From a virus (Duplodnaviria; Caudoviricetes): a stretch of DNA of 64,000 bases. Within the stretch, counting starts at the first letter, position 1. The number at the start of each line of letters is the position of its first letter. Below are positions 58,839 to 64,000 of this stretch, piece by piece. The stretch is taken from the IMG/VR virus record IMGVR_UViG_3300037067_019204, positions 32,001 through 96,000 of that record. One strand, written 5' to 3'. The notes under the pieces are model-generated. The model had not been told where the DNA came from and searched no databases. It saw only the letters and a list, made by a program, of their open reading frames with translations. The translations under genes and the position numbers were made by a program.

Positions 58839-60308
58839 ATGCCAAATCCTTTAGCACAAATTGGGGAATTAAGTATTGATAATGATAACGAAGCTTTATT
58901 AATATCTAATGCAATAAAAGATTTAAATAATAGAGAACTATTTTCTAGAAAAATTGATTATAGAGAATTTCGTTTGGATGAATTTAAAACAATAGCTTTT
59001 GCTATAAAAAATATCCATGATCAAAAACTTGATATGAACACGGATATGATTCTTTTGCAAGCAAAAAGATGCCCTGTTCGTAAAATTCCTGATTTTAAAT
59101 TTATAGAAGATATTATTAGTAATTTTAGTGTTGTTCCTCAAAATAACTTTGAAGTTCATATACAAAAATTAAAAACAGATTCTATTAGATCTTTATTAGT
59201 TGATAGAATTTTTAATTCATTATATAGGTCATTAATGGACCCAAAATGTGAGCTACGAGATATAGAATTACGTATTAATTCTTTAAAAGAAATTGTTGAT
59301 ACTGGTAAATCAGCAACTTATTGTAATTTTAAATCTATGGAAGAAGTAATGCAGGATTATATTGAAATGAGAAATAAAGGTATAAGTAAACGACTTAGTG
59401 GTTTTAATATTCTTGATAAAAAATTAACACAGGGTTTATTTGATCAACAAATATCTGTTTTAGCTGCATATCAATCTATGGGAAAGTCAAGTTTTGCATT
59501 ATCTCAAATGAATAACCTATCTCATTTAGGAATTTTTACTGCTATGTTTGCATTAGAAATGAATAATATGTCTTTGGCTCAAAAATTATTGTCTTTTAAT
59601 ACTTATTTGCCTTTAAAACAAATTACTTCTGAGTGGAATAATTTTACACCTGTAGAAAAACGAACTTATGAGTTTGAGATTGAGCGTTTAATTCGTAATA
59701 GGAATATTTATCTTAGTGATAAACCCGCAGTATCTTTAAATGAAGCCCGTGAGCAAATAATGATTCTTCAAGATAGATTACAAGAACAATATATTGTAGT
59801 ATATTTTGATTTATTTGGTAAAATAAGAGATTTTCAAAACTCTGATAATTTTGCCCGTGATTATGAAAATAGATTAAATACTGTACAAATTATGGCTAGG
59901 GAATTGGGTGTGCATATTTGTTTAGTAGCTCAAATTTTACGTTCTGTGATGAATAGAAAATTTAAACGACCAACTCTTTCTGACCTTAAAAATACTTCTG
60001 CTTTAGCCGAAGTAGCAGATTTAGTTATTGGTATACACAGACCTTTTTTTGATTTAGAAGTGGCATTAAAGGAGCAATATACTCATCAATCTTCTTCAAA
60101 TGGAGAAAATCTTATTCATGAAGATCCTGATAGAAACTTAGGAGAAATAATTATTTTAAAACAACGAATGGGAGAAGTAAACTGTGTTTTAAACTTTTTA
60201 TTTGATCCTCATACTACTCGTTTTAGTGCAATAGAAGAAAGTTATCAAAATGAACTTAATGCCACTAAGTTTATATCTGAAGATGAAGATTTTGCTGTAG
60301 AAGCATGA
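58839..60308 (+). CDS. dnaB: DnaB-like replicative helicase
   Basis: AAYQSMGKS, ALEM, VYFD, VAQI.R, RPTLSDLK.T..L.E.AD, KQRMG. Confidence 0.9.
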   Translation: MPNPLAQIGELSIDNDNEALLISNAIKDLNNRELFSRKIDYREFRLDEFKTIAFAIKNIHDQKLDMNTDMILLQAKRCPVRKIPDFKFIEDIISNFSVVPQNNFEVHIQKLKTDSIRSLLVDRIFNSLYRSLMDPKCELRDIELRINSLKEIVDTGKSATYCNFKSMEEVMQDYIEMRNKGISKRLSGFNILDKKLTQGLFDQQISVLAAYQSMGKSSFALSQMNNLSHLGIFTAMFALEMNNMSLAQKLLSFNTYLPLKQITSEWNNFTPVEKRTYEFEIERLIRNRNIYLSDKPAVSLNEAREQIMILQDRLQEQYIVVYFDLFGKIRDFQNSDNFARDYENRLNTVQIMARELGVHICLVAQILRSVMNRKFKRPTLSDLKNTSALAEVADLVIGIHRPFFDLEVALKEQYTHQSSSNGENLIHEDPDRNLGEIIILKQRMGEVNCVLNFLFDPHTTRFSAIEESYQNELNATKFISEDEDFAVEA

Positions 60309-61264
60309 TAAAAGTATCAGACATATTAAATGATATAGGGATTCCTTATAAAGAAGCTGGGAATAGCTATAAAGTAAAATGTTGGTTTCATGATGAAACT
60401 AAACCTTCTATGAGTATTCATAGAGAAATTGGTATGTATCATTGTTTTTCTTGCCATGAAAGTGGTAATATATTTAAACTTATAGATCATCATTTGAATT
60501 TAACAGGTATTGAGGCATTAAAATACTTAAGTAAACTTTCATCTGGAGGTAATTCAGATGAAGATAAATTCGAAGTAGCAAAACAAAGTTTATTAAAAAG
60601 AACATTAGTGAAAAGAGAAGAAACACCAATTGTAGAAATTCCTGCTTATTCTAAATTAGAATCTCATCCTTATTTAAGGAATAGGGGATTTTCATCAAAA
60701 GAAGTGCAAGAATGGGAAATGGGACAAGTGACTGTTTCTCCACACAAAGGATGGATTATAATACCAATATATCAAAATGGGATTTTAAGAAATTTCTTTT
60801 TAAGAAATCCTTCTGGAAGTAATAAGTTATATGGTAAATACCCAAGAAAAGATATTCTTTTTGGTATTGAATCTGCTGACGATTCTGAACAACCTATCTA
60901 CATAGTAGAAGGTATTTTTGATATGATTGCTTTGCGAAGGACTGGGGTGCAAGCAATAGCCGCACTATCTAATCGTTTATATGAATCTAAAGGAAATGAT
61001 GTATTACAAATAGAAAAATTAAAAATATATAAAAAAGTGATCATTGTTCCAGATAACGATCCTAGCCCTAATAAACCGGGATTTCAGTTAGTTAAAGATG
61101 CATTAGCTCTTATTAATTCAACAGAAGTTGGGGTTTGTCAAGTTCCTAATCATCGTAAAGACACAGCAGATTGTACATTAGATGAATTGAAACAAACAAT
61201 AGGTAATGAAATGAATATTATTGATTTTATAATAAAAGAAAGAGGTAAGTGTAATGGAACTTAG
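60305..61264 (+). CDS. dnaG: DNA primase (CHC2 zinc finger + TOPRIM)
   Basis: CWFHDETKPS...YHCFSC; IVEGIFD, PDND, KD. Confidence 0.9.
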   Translation: MIKVSDILNDIGIPYKEAGNSYKVKCWFHDETKPSMSIHREIGMYHCFSCHESGNIFKLIDHHLNLTGIEALKYLSKLSSGGNSDEDKFEVAKQSLLKRTLVKREETPIVEIPAYSKLESHPYLRNRGFSSKEVQEWEMGQVTVSPHKGWIIIPIYQNGILRNFFLRNPSGSNKLYGKYPRKDILFGIESADDSEQPIYIVEGIFDMIALRRTGVQAIAALSNRLYESKGNDVLQIEKLKIYKKVIIVPDNDPSPNKPGFQLVKDALALINSTEVGVCQVPNHRKDTADCTLDELKQTIGNEMNIIDFIIKERGKCNGT

Positions 61265-61466
61265 AGCCATGAAGTCAACAAATATTGCCCAAGTTGGGTA
61301 TGATGAAAGTACAAAAGTTCTTAGAGTTATATTTAATAGCGGTTCTATGTATGATTATTTTGATGTAGACCCACAAACATATAGGTTTTTACTTCAATCA
61401 CCTTCAAAAGGTGGGTTTTTTCATAAATATATTAAAAATAACTTTAGATGCGAAAAAGTTGAATAA
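61254..61466 (+). CDS. KTSC domain protein
   Basis: STNIAQVGYD...L.V.F.SG..Y.Y..V....Y..LL.SPSKG.FF. Confidence 0.88.
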   Translation: MELRAMKSTNIAQVGYDESTKVLRVIFNSGSMYDYFDVDPQTYRFLLQSPSKGGFFHKYIKNNFRCEKVE

Positions 61467-61535
61467 TATATAAAATATTATTGACAATTATATTACATAT
61501 ATTAATATATCCTTAGATTGTAATGGGATACAAAA

Positions 61536-61961
61536 ATGAAGATAAAAATAAAAGTAGATGAGTTAGAACCAACATTAGATTCCTTAATTAAAGAAGAACT
61601 GGCAAGAATGGGATTGCCCACTTGTTTTGGTAATATGGTTCCTCCAATTTTAAAACGTATTATTGATGTTGATATAGAAAGTGTTTTTGAGGAAAGAGAA
61701 CTCACACCGCAAGAACAAATAAAACAGAATGATGTTTTATCATTTGTTGCGGGGGATTCATTTGTTGCAAGAGAAAAAGTCTTGACTCAAAAAGGAATAG
61801 ATTTCATAAATGCATACAAAAAAGAAAGAATGAATACATATGTGCAACAACTGGCAAAGTGTGCATCTTGTGAATTTCAAAATGTATGTTATAGGCTAAC
61901 AGATAACTATTTAAAAGTTATATCAAGATTAGATGATAGTGATAAAAAGAAAAGGGGGTAA
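61536..61961 (+). CDS. hypothetical protein
   Basis: PTCFG...CASC...C; TTGACA promoter-like site upstream at 61481. Confidence 0.6.
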   Translation: MKIKIKVDELEPTLDSLIKEELARMGLPTCFGNMVPPILKRIIDVDIESVFEERELTPQEQIKQNDVLSFVAGDSFVAREKVLTQKGIDFINAYKKERMNTYVQQLAKCASCEFQNVCYRLTDNYLKVISRLDDSDKKKRG

Positions 61962-61963
61962 CT

Positions 61964-63085
61964 ATGATGTTATTTAGACCAAAAGAGGAGTTGCATTCTG
62001 CAATGAAAGATGCTATTCAGATTATTAGTATTGGGCAATGTGGTTGCAGAATTGGCAAGGGGTTTGAAAGTTTAGGAATTCCAGTAATGTATATAAACTC
62101 TGATGAAGTTGACTTTAGAAACTTCGGAGTTTCTTCTGATAAAATGTTGCTTATTGAGGGATCTGGAACAGGTGGTTCTCCTACGAAAGGAGCCAAAATC
62201 TTTAAAAGATATAAAGAGCAAATTCTAGAATTTGTTCTTACCCGTTTGGATGATGATAAGATGGTGTGGGTAATCTTTGGGGGAGGTGGTGGTACAGGTA
62301 ATTCTATTGGTCCACTTCTTATAGACTATCTACTATCACATAAATATCCAACAGGATGTATATCTACTCTTCCTTCTTCTAGATATAATATTTTGGCAGC
62401 AGACAATGCCCTTAAAACTCTACGTATTTTAAAAGATATGCCATTAAATATGTTTGTACTGGCTGATAATGATCTTCTTGAAGAAAAAATTGGATTAGGC
62501 CAAAGCAATTGGTGGCAAAAAGTAAACCAGCATATTATATTGCACATTTCTTCTATATTTGATATTTTGCGTGAAGGAAAAATGACACAAACAGGATTGG
62601 GGTCTGTGGATAGGGGAGAAATAATGCGTATTCTCCAATATGGTAATGGAATGGCAGATGTTCGTACTACTTATTTGACACTTGATGAATTTAATCAGGA
62701 TGATACAACTATAACCAATAAATTGTTTTCTCCTTCTTTAATTGAGGGATACTCATATAAAACTACTAAAGCATACCTTGTCAGTGTTGATGTTCCTATA
62801 ATGGGTGGTTACACCGACCATGCTAAAAAGATTTTTGATTTAACAAAAGAAGTAGCTGGGACTGCTGTATCAAGACTTGGAATGTTTGTTGATCCACTTC
62901 TTACTAATTCAATAAAGGTAACATTAATTAATGCAGGTCTTTCTTTTCCAAAAACAATTCAACTTAGGATTAATAATCTTCAAAGGGATGAAGGAAGATT
63001 TATAGAGAAAAAAAATAGAAAAGATTCAATGGATTTTTCAAATATAGAAAATAAGTTCATTGATGATGATAATTTTACAATATAA
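61964..63085 (+). CDS. tubulin/FtsZ-family GTPase (TubZ/PhuZ-like)
   Basis: IGQCGCRI, INSD..D, GTGG, GGGGGTGNS, ADND, VD.GE. Confidence 0.88.
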   Translation: MMLFRPKEELHSAMKDAIQIISIGQCGCRIGKGFESLGIPVMYINSDEVDFRNFGVSSDKMLLIEGSGTGGSPTKGAKIFKRYKEQILEFVLTRLDDDKMVWVIFGGGGGTGNSIGPLLIDYLLSHKYPTGCISTLPSSRYNILAADNALKTLRILKDMPLNMFVLADNDLLEEKIGLGQSNWWQKVNQHIILHISSIFDILREGKMTQTGLGSVDRGEIMRILQYGNGMADVRTTYLTLDEFNQDDTTITNKLFSPSLIEGYSYKTTKAYLVSVDVPIMGGYTDHAKKIFDLTKEVAGTAVSRLGMFVDPLLTNSIKVTLINAGLSFPKTIQLRINNLQRDEGRFIEKKNRKDSMDFSNIENKFIDDDNFTI

Positions 63086-63142
63086 AAAGTCTAATAATAA
63101 GGACAGTCGAAGATAAAAACACAGAACTGTGGGGAGTTATGC

Positions 63143-63493
63143 ATGGAACACAAAAGCATATTTAATGATGAAATTGCTCTTTTCAAGGAAAAAGATACCG
63201 AAGAGTTTACTCAATTTTTTGGTATGGAATTGAGTACACTTTTGGGTGTTGAATCATTTTTTGTAGATGAACTCGATAAACATTTTGAAACAGCAGAAAC
63301 CATATCTGCGAAGGATTCTATAAAAATTATTTTTGATAAGATAAAAACAATTTCTGATAATGATGATTTAGACCGCATATATAAAATATTTGCTTTTGAA
63401 CTACTTGGTAAAGTAATACGAGGGGTGGAAGAGATTAATGAAGAACAAGACGGTTCAGATAAAGAAGAAGGGATAACTCGTGTCATTAACTAA
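63143..63493 (+). CDS. acidic hypothetical protein
   Basis: GGAG RBS, 116 aa. Confidence 0.6.
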   Translation: MEHKSIFNDEIALFKEKDTEEFTQFFGMELSTLLGVESFFVDELDKHFETAETISAKDSIKIIFDKIKTISDNDDLDRIYKIFAFELLGKVIRGVEEINEEQDGSDKEEGITRVIN

Positions 63494-63719
63494 TAATAGA
63501 AAAATAACATTATATGTTAAAGATCCAAAAGAGTTTCATCAAATAAGCTATAAAATCAAAGAATTATGGTATCGTAAATTTGGTGTTTCCCTTAGTAAAG
63601 GGAACATTCTTAGTACAGCATTACAATTTACAGTTGACAAATTAGAGGATGATACATCTAATGTTTTACAAGAAGAACGAGATTCTATTTTAGATAGATA
63701 TGCAAGAGTAAGTTCATAA
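63480..63719 (+). CDS. small protein, possibly RHH-like
   Basis: KITLYV...helix...LSKGNILSTAL. Confidence 0.4.
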   Translation: MSLTNNRKITLYVKDPKEFHQISYKIKELWYRKFGVSLSKGNILSTALQFTVDKLEDDTSNVLQEERDSILDRYARVSS

Positions 63720-63728
63720 TGGTAAAAC

Positions 63729-64000
63729 ATGATCATTTCTGATAAAATATACATTAATGTTTCTGAAATAGAGAATTATGTCGCAGAAATATGCAGACTT
63801 TTTACATATAAGAACCCTGATTATTATAGAAAGAAAAGATTAAAGCTTTCTGTTAAGAATATCAGTCCCTCTCTTTATAATTATAAGCTTGAAAATATGA
63901 ATGGTATTAAATATTTAATACTACCCCGTGGATGTTTATCTAGATTAAAAGAATATTTTACTCGTAATAATGTTAGAATACGAACTCTTGATAAACGATT
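63729..64000 (+). CDS. probable SF2 helicase N-terminus, partial
   Basis: MIISDKIYI...FTYKNPDYYRKKRL...LILPRG; runs off the right edge; helicase motifs not visible. Confidence 0.45.
   Translation, partial: MIISDKIYINVSEIENYVAEICRLFTYKNPDYYRKKRLKLSVKNISPSLYNYKLENMNGIKYLILPRGCLSRLKEYFTRNNVRIRTLDKR

Noticed and set aside
29408-63754. Short minus-strand ORFs opposite replication genes (e.g. 29408..29806, 39484..39783, 53733..54011)
   Set aside because: Fully overlap well-supported genes on the other strand
1-64000. Alternative genetic code or stop-codon reassignment
   Set aside because: Conserved genes are full length under the standard code, and all three stop codons end genes

Overview
AT-rich (roughly 27-30% GC by eye) segment of a large tailed dsDNA bacteriophage, possibly a phage-plasmid. 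It uses the standard genetic code with sigma70-like promoters and AGGAG ribosome-binding sites. The left arm (1-28.4 kb, minus strand) carries an RNA-maintenance locus (Ro60/TROVE, NADAR, PcfJ-domain protein) and the head module: intein-containing portal, prohead protease, scaffold, decoration protein, major capsid protein, neck protein and many small head-associated proteins. A strand switch at about 28.5 kb contains iteron-like repeats between a Rep-like wHTH gene and parB. The right arm (mostly plus strand) encodes SbcD/SbcC, an ankyrin-Ig protein, class II RNR, SSB, RuvC, a UDG-PolA fusion, RecA, DnaC/DnaB/DnaG, a tubulin/FtsZ-family GTPase and homing endonucleases. The most striking feature is a set of six Y-RNA-like genes around ro60. 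Five lie upstream in strict alternation of simple Y stem-loops and tRNA-shaped RNAs whose anticodon loop is replaced by a tetraloop-closed Ro-binding stem; the sixth lies downstream and ends in a terminator-like U tract. Other notable items: a separate promoter- and terminator-bounded sRNA, a 17-aa portal peptide copied into an ARPP-1-like protein, five dispersed 22-bp palindromes, a ferritin-like domain in the head cluster, and several apparent pseudo-enzymes. All calls come from motif reading by eye; no database searches were run.
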